Shown: positions 17,906-28,258 of the stretch, piece after piece
Layout of the letters: each line of letters starts with the position of its first letter
Position numbering within the stretch: the first letter of the stretch is position 1
IMG/VR virus record: IMGVR_UViG_3300045988_166413
Direction: 5' to 3' (one strand)
DNA from: a virus
DNA length: 41,593 bases
Program-made: the position numbers and the translations under genes
Notes under the pieces: model-generated
Databases searched by the model: none
What the model was told of the DNA's origin: nothing
The model's input: only the letters and a program-made list of their open reading frames with translations

Positions 17906-18275
17906 ATTCCGTTACCTCGACAATCCAATCATCTGTTGTATTGATTCTTTTAATTAACTTAAGCCAATCTTCATATTCGCCAATTTTTGGATTTGCTGTG
18001 TAACAGCAAATATAGGCAATTCTTGTTACCGCTTCTATATAGTTATCAATACTTTTAAGCATTAATCGAGATAACTTTGTTGTTATCTCGACTTCTGTTA
18101 TTTTTGGATTTTCTTTCTTTAATTGATTTGCCATCAAAGTTTGCATAGTTATAAAATTTTGTATTATTTCAAAATCTTCGAATATCCCTCTATTAAATTT
18201 TTTTCTATATTGAATATAAGTTAATGCATTGCAATCTATATCAAACTCTCTATCACAAATTTTTACTTTTTTCAT
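17880..18275 (-). CDS. Tail assembly chaperone, upstream (G) part
   Basis: 131 aa between major tail protein and tape measure; KKVKICDREFDIDCNALTYIQYRKKF. Confidence 0.7.
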   Translation of the reverse strand: MKKVKICDREFDIDCNALTYIQYRKKFNRGIFEDFEIIQNFITMQTLMANQLKKENPKITEVEITTKLSRLMLKSIDNYIEAVTRIAYICCYTANPKIGEYEDWLKLIKRINTTDDWIVEVTEFAVDNFCG

Positions 18276-18317
18276 TTTGCTATTTTCCTTTCAAAATCAA
18301 AAATCAGTATAGCTTAA

Positions 18318-18902
18318 CTATACTGATGGTATCTCTGTTGGTTCATATACTTTTTCAAAGAATTTTTCATAAATTTCTTTGTTTTCTTCTGAATAAGGTA
18401 ATTTTATTCTTACATCTCCAGTATCTGTTCTAGCAGATGTTGTAATAGATAATGTATTTGTGTTTGGTGTTTTAGTATCTTCTGTTGTGTTTGCTTCTGT
18501 GCTTGGTCTAGAAACTGTTGTGTTATAATAACAGAATCTAGTTCCTGTTTGATCTCCTTCGACTTGATACATAAATGCAAATGGAGATATTTTATCATTT
18601 ACGTTTTCGATTATTGCTCCATTAGCATCTTTTCTTTGCCCTAATATTTCTGTTTCAAATTCTTCAGGTAGCTTTGCAATTTCCAAATCTCCACTATATC
18701 CATTGTTAGCAAAACTCTCCCAGAATTTTATATTATCTGCATAAAAAGGCTCACTATCCCCTTCTGCATCCAATGATAAATTTACTGCACCTGGTACCTT
18801 AAAAGGCGTTCCAAAAGTTATAGAACCATCCTCTCCAATAATCATTTTAGCAACATGTACATTACTTAATCCAAAGTAAACTCTATTTCCATCTTTACTC
18901 AT
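18318..18902 (-). CDS. Major tail protein
   Basis: NRVYFGLSNVHVAKM...LSLDAEGDSEPFYADN...GYSGDLEIAKLPEEF; tail-tube family pattern. Confidence 0.85.
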   Translation of the reverse strand: MSKDGNRVYFGLSNVHVAKMIIGEDGSITFGTPFKVPGAVNLSLDAEGDSEPFYADNIKFWESFANNGYSGDLEIAKLPEEFETEILGQRKDANGAIIENVNDKISPFAFMYQVEGDQTGTRFCYYNTTVSRPSTEANTTEDTKTPNTNTLSITTSARTDTGDVRIKLPYSEENKEIYEKFFEKVYEPTEIPSV

Positions 18903-18920
18903 ACTTTTTCTTCCTCTCTT

Positions 18921-19235
18921 TTAAATTTCAAAAAAATAACTTATCTGCCAAATTTTTTCATCTGACAGATAAGTCATTTCTGATTTGTTCCAACAAACAT
19001 CATATAAAATTTTGTTTTCAATCGTATTAATTAAATTTAAATCTATATAATTCATAGTTATATCTAATTGAATATTTCCTACTCTGTGATAAACTTTATT
19101 TTCTGCAAAAAAATTAGTTGTTTCTGTTTCCAATGCTACAGCATGTGGAGGATTGACCTCTTCTTGAAAATTACCATAAGCATATTGTATTTTTTGTTCT
19201 TCAAATCTTTTTGCTAATTCTTGTAGGTTCTTCAT
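18921..19235 (-). CDS. Tail completion/minor capsid-like protein
   Basis: Position between HK97-gp10-like and major tail protein; [14 protein letters not shown]...[12 protein letters not shown]. Confidence 0.65.
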   Translation of the reverse strand: MKNLQELAKRFEEQKIQYAYGNFQEEVNPPHAVALETETTNFFAENKVYHRVGNIQLDITMNYIDLNLINTIENKILYDVCWNKSEMTYLSDEKIWQISYFFEI

Positions 19236-19648
19236 GTTTTAGAACTCCTTATAATTGTTTCTTTTATTTCTTTTTCATATAATTTGTTATATTTTTCTTC
19301 TACTGGCTTAATATGTGGTTGAGCTTTTGTATGTCCTCCGTTTTTGGTAGCATGTCCATTTTCCAATAAATGAGTTAACTGATAATTTGTTTTATTGTAT
19401 ATATCTACTATATATCTTCTCTTTGACTTCGTATATTTCTTTCTGCTCCATCCTTTCCAGTAAGGATTTTCTCTTGGTCCTTTTTTACTTGGTTTTCGTC
19501 TTGGAGATTCTTTTTTTAACTCTTTGACAGCTTCTTTAGATAATTTTTCTGTTGCTTCTTTTACTCCGTCTTCTATATCTTCAACATAATTTGTTAAATA
19601 TTTTTTAACTATTTTAGACAAATTATCTATTTTTATGGAATTAGACAT
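19232..19648 (-). CDS. HK97 gp10-like tail-connector protein
   Basis: [17 protein letters not shown]...[13 protein letters not shown]...[10 protein letters not shown]. Confidence 0.8.
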   Translation of the reverse strand: MSNSIKIDNLSKIVKKYLTNYVEDIEDGVKEATEKLSKEAVKELKKESPRRKPSKKGPRENPYWKGWSRKKYTKSKRRYIVDIYNKTNYQLTHLLENGHATKNGGHTKAQPHIKPVEEKYNKLYEKEIKETIIRSSKT

Positions 19649-19949
19649 TATTAATTTTCCTTTCGCATATTAATATAAGTTCATCAAGATTTTTCTTTTG
19701 AATACGAATTATCGTATATTTTACATCCATATAAATTAATTCTTGTTCATTATTATAATTTAAACTACTAATTACTAATCTCAAAGTAGGTTTATATCCG
19801 TTTTGATTTGCTTGATAATATTCATTTGCATATATATCTTCTTCATCTATAATCGGTACTTCTTTCTCTTCTATTTTGTCTATAGTTTGAATGCTATTTG
19901 TATCTTTTTTATATGTTGTAGATAACAACTTGCAACTTACATCACGCAT
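19641..19949 (-). CDS. Head-tail adaptor (head closure)
   Basis: Syntenic position and size. Confidence 0.65.
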   Translation of the reverse strand: MRDVSCKLLSTTYKKDTNSIQTIDKIEEKEVPIIDEEDIYANEYYQANQNGYKPTLRLVISSLNYNNEQELIYMDVKYTIIRIQKKNLDELILICERKINNV

Positions 19950-20268
19950 TGTTATCTACCTCCTCATTATTTTGTTTTTGATATTCTTCAGAAAACTGTA
20001 ATTCTCTTAAGTTAGATTTATAGCGTTTTAGATATTCTGTTCTTTTATTAATATCTCCATCTCCAAAATGAGCCTTAACATATATTATTATTGTATTTTG
20101 TATTAAATCATCTTCTATGTTTTTATCGACATCTATATTTACTCTTTTTAAGTCTGATATTGCAGATTCGATAAGCATAGTAATTTCTTTATCTTTTAAA
20201 GATGATGAATCTACTATACTCAAACATTCTTTAGCAATTTTCAAGAGTTTTTCTACTTCTTGTTTCAT
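19942..20268 (-). CDS. Head-tail connector (gp6-like)
   Basis: Syntenic position; IIYVKAHFGDGD...YLKRYKSNLREL. Confidence 0.7.
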   Translation of the reverse strand: MKQEVEKLLKIAKECLSIVDSSSLKDKEITMLIESAISDLKRVNIDVDKNIEDDLIQNTIIIYVKAHFGDGDINKRTEYLKRYKSNLRELQFSEEYQKQNNEEVDNNA

Positions 20269-20279
20269 TTATATCCCTC

Positions 20280-21452
20280 CTACACAGAAGGAGTTGTACT
20301 AATATATCCATTTACAAAAGCTTTATTATCTCTTATTTTACAATCTTCTCTTTCAATACCTCTAAATAATGTTAGATCTTCTTCGAAAGCATTTAATTCT
20401 CCAATAGCTGCAACATTAGATGTATTAAGTGTTAATCTTTTTCTATCAAAGAATCTTATTCCTTCTTTTAAATCTCCAATTATAATTGGAATTTTATTTG
20501 AACTTGTTGGTAAATCTTCATTAGGTATTACTTTTACAGGAACTGTAGTTGCTCCTGCGCATAATCTTAATTGCATAGGTTCAGCTGGATTAGGTTGTAA
20601 TATATAATTGCCTTCGTTATCTTTTAATGTGTCTAAATATTGTAAGCCATCATCGTTAGTTACAATTACAGATGTAGATTTGAAAGCACTTCCTAATGTA
20701 ACATTTAAAGTTTTCTTAATATCATCTAATCCATTTAATTCTTGTTCACTTTGTGTTTTAATTAAATCTAGAATTATTTTATTTCTTGTTACTCTAGATT
20801 CATCTCCAAGCCATTCAACAATTGTATTAACAATGTTTGTATCTGTATCTTCTAATAATTCATTTGTAATTGGTAAATATCCTGCATATTTAGATATTTC
20901 AAAATCCATTCTCTCAAATTGAGGTGTTGAAGATTTTGTTATTTTTCCTCCTTCACCAACTTTAGTAAATCCTGTTTGTTGGCTTCTTTTCTTAAAAGTT
21001 CTACTTCCTTTATTTGTAGAAACAATTTCTACACTTACTAAATCTATTAATGAAGCTTTTGCTTCTCTTCTTTGTTCTACTAAAGTAGAAATGTCTTCTG
21101 GAACTGTATATCCACCATCTGCTGGAGTTCCTTCGTTTAATCCTTTTGCAATATTTTTTATTTCTTTTGCAAATTTTTCTATTGAGCTTTCTTCTTTTAT
21201 TTCTTTATTATCTTCTTTTTTGTTAGCTATATTTTTTTCTATTTCTTCTATGTCTTCTTCATTTAGTTTAGCGACTTTCTTTTCGTTTTCGAATAATCTT
21301 TTTTCAACTTGATATTCTTCTTGTAATTTTTCTATTTCATCTAAAAGTTCTTTTGCTTTTTCTAAATCTTTATTTTCACCATCTGTATATCCTTTCACTA
21401 AAGCTTGTTTGCTTTCAATTTTTGCTAAAAGTTCTCTCATTTTTTTATTCAT
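20280..21452 (-). CDS. Major capsid protein, HK97 family
   Basis: N-terminal coiled coil/delta-like segment then GGYTVPEDISTLVEQRREAKASLIDLVSVEIV...DLKEGIRFFDR. Confidence 0.92.
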   Translation of the reverse strand: MNKKMRELLAKIESKQALVKGYTDGENKDLEKAKELLDEIEKLQEEYQVEKRLFENEKKVAKLNEEDIEEIEKNIANKKEDNKEIKEESSIEKFAKEIKNIAKGLNEGTPADGGYTVPEDISTLVEQRREAKASLIDLVSVEIVSTNKGSRTFKKRSQQTGFTKVGEGGKITKSSTPQFERMDFEISKYAGYLPITNELLEDTDTNIVNTIVEWLGDESRVTRNKIILDLIKTQSEQELNGLDDIKKTLNVTLGSAFKSTSVIVTNDDGLQYLDTLKDNEGNYILQPNPAEPMQLRLCAGATTVPVKVIPNEDLPTSSNKIPIIIGDLKEGIRFFDRKRLTLNTSNVAAIGELNAFEEDLTLFRGIEREDCKIRDNKAFVNGYISTTPSV

Positions 21453-21456
21453 AGTT

Positions 21457-22227
21457 TTATTCCTCCATTTTTTCTTTTTCTAAAAATAAAAAAGAATCCA
21501 AATTCTTGATTTTTAAATCAATCTCGGATTCTTCATTATTTTTATTTTTTTCTTTGCCACCATAATTTTTAGTAGTTCCTGCTCGTGGCTGTGCTGGAAC
21601 TGCTACAAAAGACACTTCATAAGCTTCTTTTGCTCCATCTAGTGTAAAATAACATATCTTTTTGCCATCTTTTGTGTCATATTCCTGTCCCCAATAATGA
21701 GTACAATAATGCTTCATATTGTCTTCACCGCAAATTGAACAGTATGCATGTTTTGCTCTACAGCTTGTAGAAACTTCTTTCTTTATTCCTGCCTTAATTT
21801 CTGCAATTAAATCTGCATTCTTGTCTGTTTTAATCATATAGCATTTAGCAATCAACTTTGTGAAAATTTCTCCAGCTTCAGTTAGTTTACTTGAATCTTG
21901 TTGCAATTCTGTATCATAAACTCGAGCTATTTGATTATCTGCTGTTCTTTTGTGGTCTTTTATCATTGTTTTCCCAATATAAAGTTTCTTTAAATCTTTT
22001 AGGGCGTTTAAGTTAAATGGTTCATAATTTCTATCATCTAAACCGTTATCTCCTAATATTAATTTAAATGTAAATACTTCTTCTGCTTTTAGAGGAGCAA
22101 GAGTAAATTTGTTTATTTTTTTAATTTCTTCCTCTGTTACATCTTGATTTTCTACTTCTGCAGATTTGCATATTATTCCTTCGTCAAGAATTTTTTCAGT
22201 ACTTTCTCCATACTCTTCTCTATCCAT
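21457..22227 (-). CDS. HK97-type prohead protease with Cys/His insert
   Basis: MIKDHKRT and YEVSFVAVPAQPRAG; CSICGEDNMKHYCTH insert; position between portal and capsid. Confidence 0.8.
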   Translation of the reverse strand: MDREEYGESTEKILDEGIICKSAEVENQDVTEEEIKKINKFTLAPLKAEEVFTFKLILGDNGLDDRNYEPFNLNALKDLKKLYIGKTMIKDHKRTADNQIARVYDTELQQDSSKLTEAGEIFTKLIAKCYMIKTDKNADLIAEIKAGIKKEVSTSCRAKHAYCSICGEDNMKHYCTHYWGQEYDTKDGKKICYFTLDGAKEAYEVSFVAVPAQPRAGTTKNYGGKEKNKNNEESEIDLKIKNLDSFLFLEKEKMEE

Positions 22228-23489
22228 TTCTTTTCCTCCTCCTTTCCTTCTGAACTATTTGTATATTGAGTTCCTGCTAATTCAACAGGAATGCTTGCAC
22301 CATTTCCAAGAAGTTTATTTCCTCCTGCCATTGCAGGTTTATCCAAATAAGCTCTCGCCTCGTTAGGTGTATATATAAAATTAGACACAGCTTGACTTAA
22401 TGTTTCAATCTGTGTCTTTTGGTCTGCTCTTAACAAAACAGCAATATTAAATTTAAAATAAAATCCTTTATCTATTTCTTCTCTTGAAAGAAGTTTGTAA
22501 TTTAGTTCCTCTTCATATTGCTTTAGAATATAAAGCAATGTATCTTTATAAAAACTTAATTGTTGTGATTCAGAACTTGCATAGCTAGATTTTTCATAAT
22601 CTCCAATCTGGTTTGGTTTAATACCAAATGCAGATGCAATTTGTAAAGCACTATATTTTTTTACTTCAACAAATTGACTGTCTGCAAGTTTAACATTTAG
22701 AGGAGTTAATGTTGTTCCCACAGGAATTGGAATAATATTTTTTACTTCTTTATCATCTAAATCACTACCAGCAAAATCCTCTATCATTTCTTTAAAATTT
22801 TTCAAATTATTATCTGATAAATCTGATGTATATTGAACTACAGCTTTAGCTGTAAATCCACTTTTATACATTTGATTTAACATCTTCTGTGCTTTTACAT
22901 TTCCGTCTATTGTTAATTTAAGTTGATCTTTTACTGCTATTCCTTTTATTCCATCAAAGCTCATAGAACTTTTTACATGTATTATCTCTTCAGAGGAAAA
23001 CTTATATAACTTTCCTCCATGCGAATATATGTAGTAAATATCAGGTATATCAGATAAAACTTTTTGATCATCATACCAAATTTCTACCTCATCAGAAGGA
23101 AGAATCCATAATGTCATTTTTTTACTTGCACCTTTTATCCATGCATAAGCATCTCCAAACTGATTTCTATTATTTTCCATTGTTCCCCAAAAAGTTGTTG
23201 CAGTCATATATGGATTTGGTCTATCGTGAATTGTAAAATACAAAGGATGTCCTCTTGCTGTTACCACTCCACCGTCGGAATTATATTGAAATATTTTTAA
23301 TGGTACTTTACCAACGGATTCACAAAGTAATTTCAAACAAGTAAAATAAGTTACTTCAGATAAAGCTTTTTCGTTTTTTCCATCTATCCCTAAAAAATTA
23401 AGTAACTCTCGCATTGCATTATCTTGCGTTTGTTTATCTCTTAATACATTTATTGCATTTTTAATTCTAACTTTTAACTTTGTTTTCAC
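22173..23489 (-). CDS. Portal protein, HK97 family
   Basis: HPLYFTIHDRPNPYMTATTFWGTMENNRNQFGDAYAWI...FGIKPNQIGDYEKSSYASSESQQLSFY. Confidence 0.95.
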   Translation of the reverse strand: MKTKLKVRIKNAINVLRDKQTQDNAMRELLNFLGIDGKNEKALSEVTYFTCLKLLCESVGKVPLKIFQYNSDGGVVTARGHPLYFTIHDRPNPYMTATTFWGTMENNRNQFGDAYAWIKGASKKMTLWILPSDEVEIWYDDQKVLSDIPDIYYIYSHGGKLYKFSSEEIIHVKSSMSFDGIKGIAVKDQLKLTIDGNVKAQKMLNQMYKSGFTAKAVVQYTSDLSDNNLKNFKEMIEDFAGSDLDDKEVKNIIPIPVGTTLTPLNVKLADSQFVEVKKYSALQIASAFGIKPNQIGDYEKSSYASSESQQLSFYKDTLLYILKQYEEELNYKLLSREEIDKGFYFKFNIAVLLRADQKTQIETLSQAVSNFIYTPNEARAYLDKPAMAGGNKLLGNGASIPVELAGTQYTNSSEGKEEEKKWIEKSMEKVLKKFLTKE

Positions 23490-23500
23490 TTACTTGCCTC

Positions 23501-25216
23501 CTAATTCCATCCCATGTTGTTTAAATACTCTTCCATTTCTTTGTTGTAATCTATTTTTTCTTCTTCTTTTAACTTCATTTGTGTAATATGAGCATCTATC
23601 ATTGCATCGCAAGGGTCTATTCTTTTATTTTTTGCATTTTTTTCTTTGTCAATTTTTTTCTCTCCAAAACTATTTTTTACAATTTTAGCATTAGAAACAC
23701 TATAGCTAAGTAGTTCTTCACGTTTGTTGTATTTAATCTTTCTAGATTCTACATTAAGTTGCATATCTTCTGTTCCATCGTGCAAAAATCTAGCTGATTG
23801 TTTTATTTCTAACAATGGCACACCAAATTCCTCCAAATCTGATAAAAAAACATCTGCATTATGTGGGTCATATCCAATTCCTTGCAATTCTAAATCATAT
23901 TTTTCTATTATGTCTTTTAAATATTTAATAATAAACTTATAATCATTTTTGAATGTTGTTTGTCCACCTGTTACAGTAATAAGTCCTTGTCTTTCCCATA
24001 AATCATATGGAGCTATATCTGTTGTAATATGCTCTTCCATTCTTCCTCTTGGCATAAAAGAATGTGTAGCTATAAAAAACTCATTATCTTTTAGTGGAAT
24101 TTCTATAGCAATAGTTGTTAAATCTCCACCAGAAGATAAATCTAATCCAGCATAACATTTTGAACCTTCTAAATCTTCTAATTCTAAATCAGATTCACAT
24201 TTTTTCCATTTTTCTGGGCTAATGAATATATCTTCTGTGTTTTGTACCCATAAATTAAGGGACTTTGTCATAAAGTCCCTTAACTCTTCACTTCCCATAT
24301 CTCTAGCAGTTTGCATATCTGTTTTTAAATTTTCTAAACCTTGTTTTGTAGATGCAAGATATGGATTGGCTTTTATTAAATTTTTTGGATCAAATATATT
24401 GTCTTTTTCATCTAATGCATATATATCAACAAAAAAGTCTTCTGCTTTTGCTATTCCTTTTAAAATATTTATACAGTATCTGTCCATTTCATAACATGCG
24501 CTATTTAGTTTATCGCCTCTAGTTGTAATAATACTTATTAATGTTTCATCTAATGCTCTAGTTCCATTATAAATAGCTTTATATGTTTTAGCATCTGGAT
24601 GTTGATGATATTCATCTATAGAAGCAAATATTGCTCTAAATCCTTCATCTAATCCCCCTTCTCGAGAAAGAGCTTCAATTGTGCATTTGCTATCATTAGC
24701 AATTATTAAAGATTTATAATCTTTAATTTCAAAAAGCTCTTGCAAATCTTTGTCTGCTTCTATAAATTTTTTCATTTCTTCCCAGGCGATTCTAGCTTGT
24801 CTTTTCTTTGTAGCAACTGTAAAAAGTTTTCCATAATGATAACCACTAAACCCAGCTATATATGTTCCTTTTATACCATTTTCAAAAGATTTTCCATTCT
24901 GTCTAGCCATACTTTTATAAGAACGTCTAAATCTTCTTTTTCCATTTAATTTTAGCCAACCAAAAGGGCATCCAAAATCAAAGATTTGTCCACCAACAAG
25001 TTTAACTGGCTTTTTTTCAAATCCCTCTCCAATTGTTAATGTTTCTGCATATTCTATAATTCTTTCAGAGTTTTCAGGATTCCAAATATATGGAAAATCT
25101 TTAGTTCCTTGCCTTTTTAAATCTTCAAGATGTCTTTTACAAGCTAAAATATGCAACTGTCCCATTTTGTTTTCTTCTATGGTTTTTTTTGCATATTCTG
25201 TAACTCTATCTATCAT
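23501..25216 (-). CDS. Terminase large subunit
   Basis: SMARQNGKSFENGI; CYAGLDLSSGGDLTTIAI. Confidence 0.95.
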   Translation of the reverse strand: MIDRVTEYAKKTIEENKMGQLHILACKRHLEDLKRQGTKDFPYIWNPENSERIIEYAETLTIGEGFEKKPVKLVGGQIFDFGCPFGWLKLNGKRRFRRSYKSMARQNGKSFENGIKGTYIAGFSGYHYGKLFTVATKKRQARIAWEEMKKFIEADKDLQELFEIKDYKSLIIANDSKCTIEALSREGGLDEGFRAIFASIDEYHQHPDAKTYKAIYNGTRALDETLISIITTRGDKLNSACYEMDRYCINILKGIAKAEDFFVDIYALDEKDNIFDPKNLIKANPYLASTKQGLENLKTDMQTARDMGSEELRDFMTKSLNLWVQNTEDIFISPEKWKKCESDLELEDLEGSKCYAGLDLSSGGDLTTIAIEIPLKDNEFFIATHSFMPRGRMEEHITTDIAPYDLWERQGLITVTGGQTTFKNDYKFIIKYLKDIIEKYDLELQGIGYDPHNADVFLSDLEEFGVPLLEIKQSARFLHDGTEDMQLNVESRKIKYNKREELLSYSVSNAKIVKNSFGEKKIDKEKNAKNKRIDPCDAMIDAHITQMKLKEEEKIDYNKEMEEYLNNMGWN

Positions 25217-25716
25217 AATATTTTAAACTTATTAAATTTATTTTCTTTTGGAGGCTCTTTAGCCTCTGGCATTACTAATCTAGCTCTTGAAGATATAGAT
25301 AATCCTAAATCATTTGCGCAAGCTCTACATTGCTTTAATGCTCTATCCTGATAAGTTAAATACAAATCAATTTGCGACATATAATCTTTTTTCTTTTCCG
25401 TCTTTCTTGCTCGTGCCAATTTCCCATTTAGTTCATTTAATTTTTTAGTATAACTAACATAATTTGAATTAGAAATTAAATAATGAGCTAGACAATCTTC
25501 ATCTAGTTCTGTAATTATTCCTATATCTAATAAAATTTTTGCAATTCTATAAAACTCTTTTTTTTGCTCATCTGTTAAATATTCTGGAGCAGTAACATTA
25601 ATATGGTCAGTTTTTATTTCTGTTTTTTGTCTTTCTTCTATTTCTGCCTTTGTTAAATGCTTCTTTCCTTTAGCCAAAATCAAGTTTATAGGCTGTTTTT
25701 GATTTCCACGTGGCAT
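25213..25716 (-). CDS. Terminase small subunit, P27 family
   Basis: MPRGNQKQPINLILAKGKKHLTKAEIEERQ; adjacent to the large subunit. Confidence 0.85.
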   Translation of the reverse strand: MPRGNQKQPINLILAKGKKHLTKAEIEERQKTEIKTDHINVTAPEYLTDEQKKEFYRIAKILLDIGIITELDEDCLAHYLISNSNYVSYTKKLNELNGKLARARKTEKKKDYMSQIDLYLTYQDRALKQCRACANDLGLSISSRARLVMPEAKEPPKENKFNKFKIL

Positions 25717-25768
25717 TAGACCTCACCTTTCGTTTTTTGTCCTTTTAAATTGATTTGAGGGACTTTTT

Positions 25769-25808
25769 TGTACAAAGAGGTGGGACGCACCGTTCTAGGT
25801 TTAAACCT
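25769..25808. other. Candidate cos region (GGTGGGACGCACCG and palindrome AGGTTTAAACCT)
   Basis: Local GC-rich non-coding patch between HNH module and small terminase; palindrome at 25797-25808. Confidence 0.35.
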
Positions 25809-25867
25809 TTAAAACTTTTTTATGTACCCCTAGCCTCTTCTATTATTTTCTTTTACTTTAATATTGT

Positions 25868-26191
25868 TCAATCTATTGGTTCTAAATTATATATTTTTCT
25901 TATTTCATTCATTGTTTTAAAATTAAATATATTTTCTTTGTTTATCATTCTTCTAATTGTGTTCTTGTATTCTTCTATCTCTTCATCTTTTCTTTTTATT
26001 TCTTCTTCTAATTCTATTCTTGTTTTTCCTTGAGATATATCTTTTGCATATTTTAATTCATATGTATAGCGACATTCTTTACAGCTATTATGTCCTTTAC
26101 ATTGTATGTTTCTTTTGCTGTCGCATTCGTACAGAATATCTATTCTATCTTTATATTCATTTGAAATTACAATTGCACTAAATATCTTCAC
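25868..26191 (-). CDS. Hypothetical protein with Cys/His motif and coiled coil
   Basis: CKGHNSCKECRYTYELKYAKDIS; 4-bp overlap with the HNH gene. Confidence 0.5.
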   Translation of the reverse strand: MKIFSAIVISNEYKDRIDILYECDSKRNIQCKGHNSCKECRYTYELKYAKDISQGKTRIELEEEIKRKDEEIEEYKNTIRRMINKENIFNFKTMNEIRKIYNLEPID

Positions 26192-26598
26192 GTCTTTTTC
26201 CTCTTCTTAAATCTATTGTGTTGTATATTATGATGTTTATGACATAATGCTATTAAGTTACTCCACTCTAGTCTTCGTAGCCAACCTGTTGGTGTTTGTA
26301 TAGGTTCTTTGTGATGTATCTCTTCTGTTAATTGTATTGTATATTTACCTTCTTGCTTTGCCTCTTCTTGACACATCTCACAATATGGATGTTTAATCTT
26401 ATATGCTTCCTTAAGTAGCTTCCAATCTTTACTATTGTAAAAAGTTTTATATTTATTATCTCTGTTCTTGTTATATCTACTCATATTTCTTTGTTTGTTA
26501 ATTTCTATTTCTTTATCTACAATCTTTTGACAATTGCTGCAATATCTATTAGGAGCTTGTATTACCTTTTGGCATCTTGCACATAACTTTAATAACAT
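26188..26598 (-). CDS. HNH endonuclease (terminase-associated)
   Basis: FYNSKDWKLLKEAYKIKHPYCEMC...EEIHHKEPI...NLIALCHKHHNIQH. Confidence 0.9.
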   Translation of the reverse strand: MLLKLCARCQKVIQAPNRYCSNCQKIVDKEIEINKQRNMSRYNKNRDNKYKTFYNSKDWKLLKEAYKIKHPYCEMCQEEAKQEGKYTIQLTEEIHHKEPIQTPTGWLRRLEWSNLIALCHKHHNIQHNRFKKRKKT

Positions 26599-26599
26599 C

Positions 26600-27841
26600 T
26601 TATTTTTCTATCTTCTTTCTAGTTCTTACTTTTGTCTTTTTCTTTTCTTCTTTAACTTCTTCTATTTTCTTAACATTATCTTCTTTTGTTTCTTCTTTCT
26701 TTTCTATTACTTCCATTACTACTGCTAATCCAGATTCCTCTATTTGTTTTGCTCTATCAGCATCATTTATAATATAAATATCTCCTTTGCTAATTGCTGC
26801 ACTTCCATTCGCATTGTATTGTATTTCTTTATCTATAATTCCTTCAATTAGCTCTGGCATTTTATCATTATAGTTTTGTTTTGCTATTACTTTAAACATA
26901 TCTTTCTTTTTCCTTTCTATCTTTTTATTTAAAAAATTTATCCAATCCTTCTCTGTACATTTTTCTTTGTAGTTAAAATTGTTTGGAATGTTATTAACTA
27001 TTTTATTAATATTTAAATTGCTTAATTGCATATCTAATATATATCCATTCTTTTCATCTTCAATACTTTCATATGCACTAGGAAAGTTCGTACATAATAC
27101 TGGAGTTCCATATTCTAAACACTCATTAATAAAGTAGCTATATCCTTCTGTATCTGAAAGTTGAACTCCATAATCAGCCTCTACTATATAATCAAAAAAA
27201 TTATGAGATGGTTTCATGTATACAATTTCTTCTAAATTAAAGGGCTTTTTATTATATAACTCTAGATCTGTAAATATTGTCCATCTGAACTTTATTCCTG
27301 CTTTTTTTAATTCTTGTGCTAATTTAAGCATTCTTTCATAGCCTTTTTCTTTGCTGACTCTTGTTGCGCTAATTAATTTTAATATTGGTTTTGTTTCTTG
27401 CATTTCATCTAAAATATTATATATTCTTGTTATTTTTTCTTTTGGATATAATTTTTTAAAAATTTTACAAACATGCTCTGATACTCCAACATGTTCTGTA
27501 GTTTTATGCCATTTATTATAAGTAAAATTAACTTCTTTAGCTCTTACATAATCTGCATGTACCATTTGAATATATCTTCCACTTTTGGCTACTACACTTT
27601 CTGGATATTCTCCCCATGCAGATGCACAAACACAAATATCACAAATATATTTCTTATTAGAGTCATATTTTTCTACATTTTTTACATTTTCTTTTATTCT
27701 TTTTAGATTTTCTTCATCAGCTATACTATATAAAAATGTTATATTGTAATATTTTTTTAATTTTTTAGTAAAGTTATATACAAATGTATCTACTCCACCA
27801 AATTTTAATAAATTATTATGATATAATATTATGTTTTTCAT
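26600..27841 (-). CDS. GT4-like glycosyltransferase with C-terminal extension
   Basis: LLKFGGVDTFVYNF...ISATRVSKEKGYERML...VQLSDTEGYSYFINECLEYGTPVLCTNFPS. Confidence 0.8.
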   Translation of the reverse strand: MKNIILYHNNLLKFGGVDTFVYNFTKKLKKYYNITFLYSIADEENLKRIKENVKNVEKYDSNKKYICDICVCASAWGEYPESVVAKSGRYIQMVHADYVRAKEVNFTYNKWHKTTEHVGVSEHVCKIFKKLYPKEKITRIYNILDEMQETKPILKLISATRVSKEKGYERMLKLAQELKKAGIKFRWTIFTDLELYNKKPFNLEEIVYMKPSHNFFDYIVEADYGVQLSDTEGYSYFINECLEYGTPVLCTNFPSAYESIEDEKNGYILDMQLSNLNINKIVNNIPNNFNYKEKCTEKDWINFLNKKIERKKKDMFKVIAKQNYNDKMPELIEGIIDKEIQYNANGSAAISKGDIYIINDADRAKQIEESGLAVVMEVIEKKEETKEDNVKKIEEVKEEKKKTKVRTRKKIEK

Positions 27842-28256
27842 TTATATTTTCTCCTGTTTTTTCTTTTAATTTTGTTAAATATTCTTCTAATTCTTTAACC
27901 GATTCTTCTATTAATATTATTTTACTAATAAGTTCTTTTTTATTTATGTTATTAAGTTCTGAACTTTCTATTTCTTTGATTGTATTGATATCTTCTATGC
28001 AATACATTACCTTTCCGTTTATTTTATAAACTTTAAATAATTTTCTTATTTTATCATTAATAAGTTCTGTATTTACTTCACTCATTGTCTTATGAGTGTT
28101 GATTATAATAAACTTAGAAGAACTTATTATGCTTTTGTCTTTGTATTTTTGTAATGTTTTAATACTTTTTTCCAAATCTATTTTGTCATCGCTAGTTAAC
28201 TCTTTGAGTATATTTATTGTATAAACTTCGTTTTCTATTATTCTCTGTTTAATCAT
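27816..28256 (-). CDS. Hypothetical late-operon protein
   Basis: Open frame, co-directional, 26-bp overlap with the glycosyltransferase gene. Confidence 0.5.
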   Translation of the reverse strand: MIKQRIIENEVYTINILKELTSDDKIDLEKSIKTLQKYKDKSIISSSKFIIINTHKTMSEVNTELINDKIRKLFKVYKINGKVMYCIEDINTIKEIESSELNNINKKELISKIILIEESVKELEEYLTKLKEKTGENINEKHNIIS

Positions 28257-28258
28257 AT

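Noticed and set aside
20260-21312. Plus-strand ORFs over the capsid gene (20260-20607, 20608-20922, 21091-21312)
   Set aside because: Shadow ORFs opposite the strongly supported HK97 capsid protein.
23724-25351. Plus-strand ORFs over terminase (23724-23942, 23949-24155, 24222-24494, 24740-24949, 25151-25351)
   Set aside because: Antisense to terminase genes, no RBS pattern or recognisable domains.
25755-26181. Plus-strand ORFs 25755-26033 and 25957-26181
   Set aside because: Hydrophobic shadow translations antisense to the 25868-26191 gene; not taken as a membrane protein.
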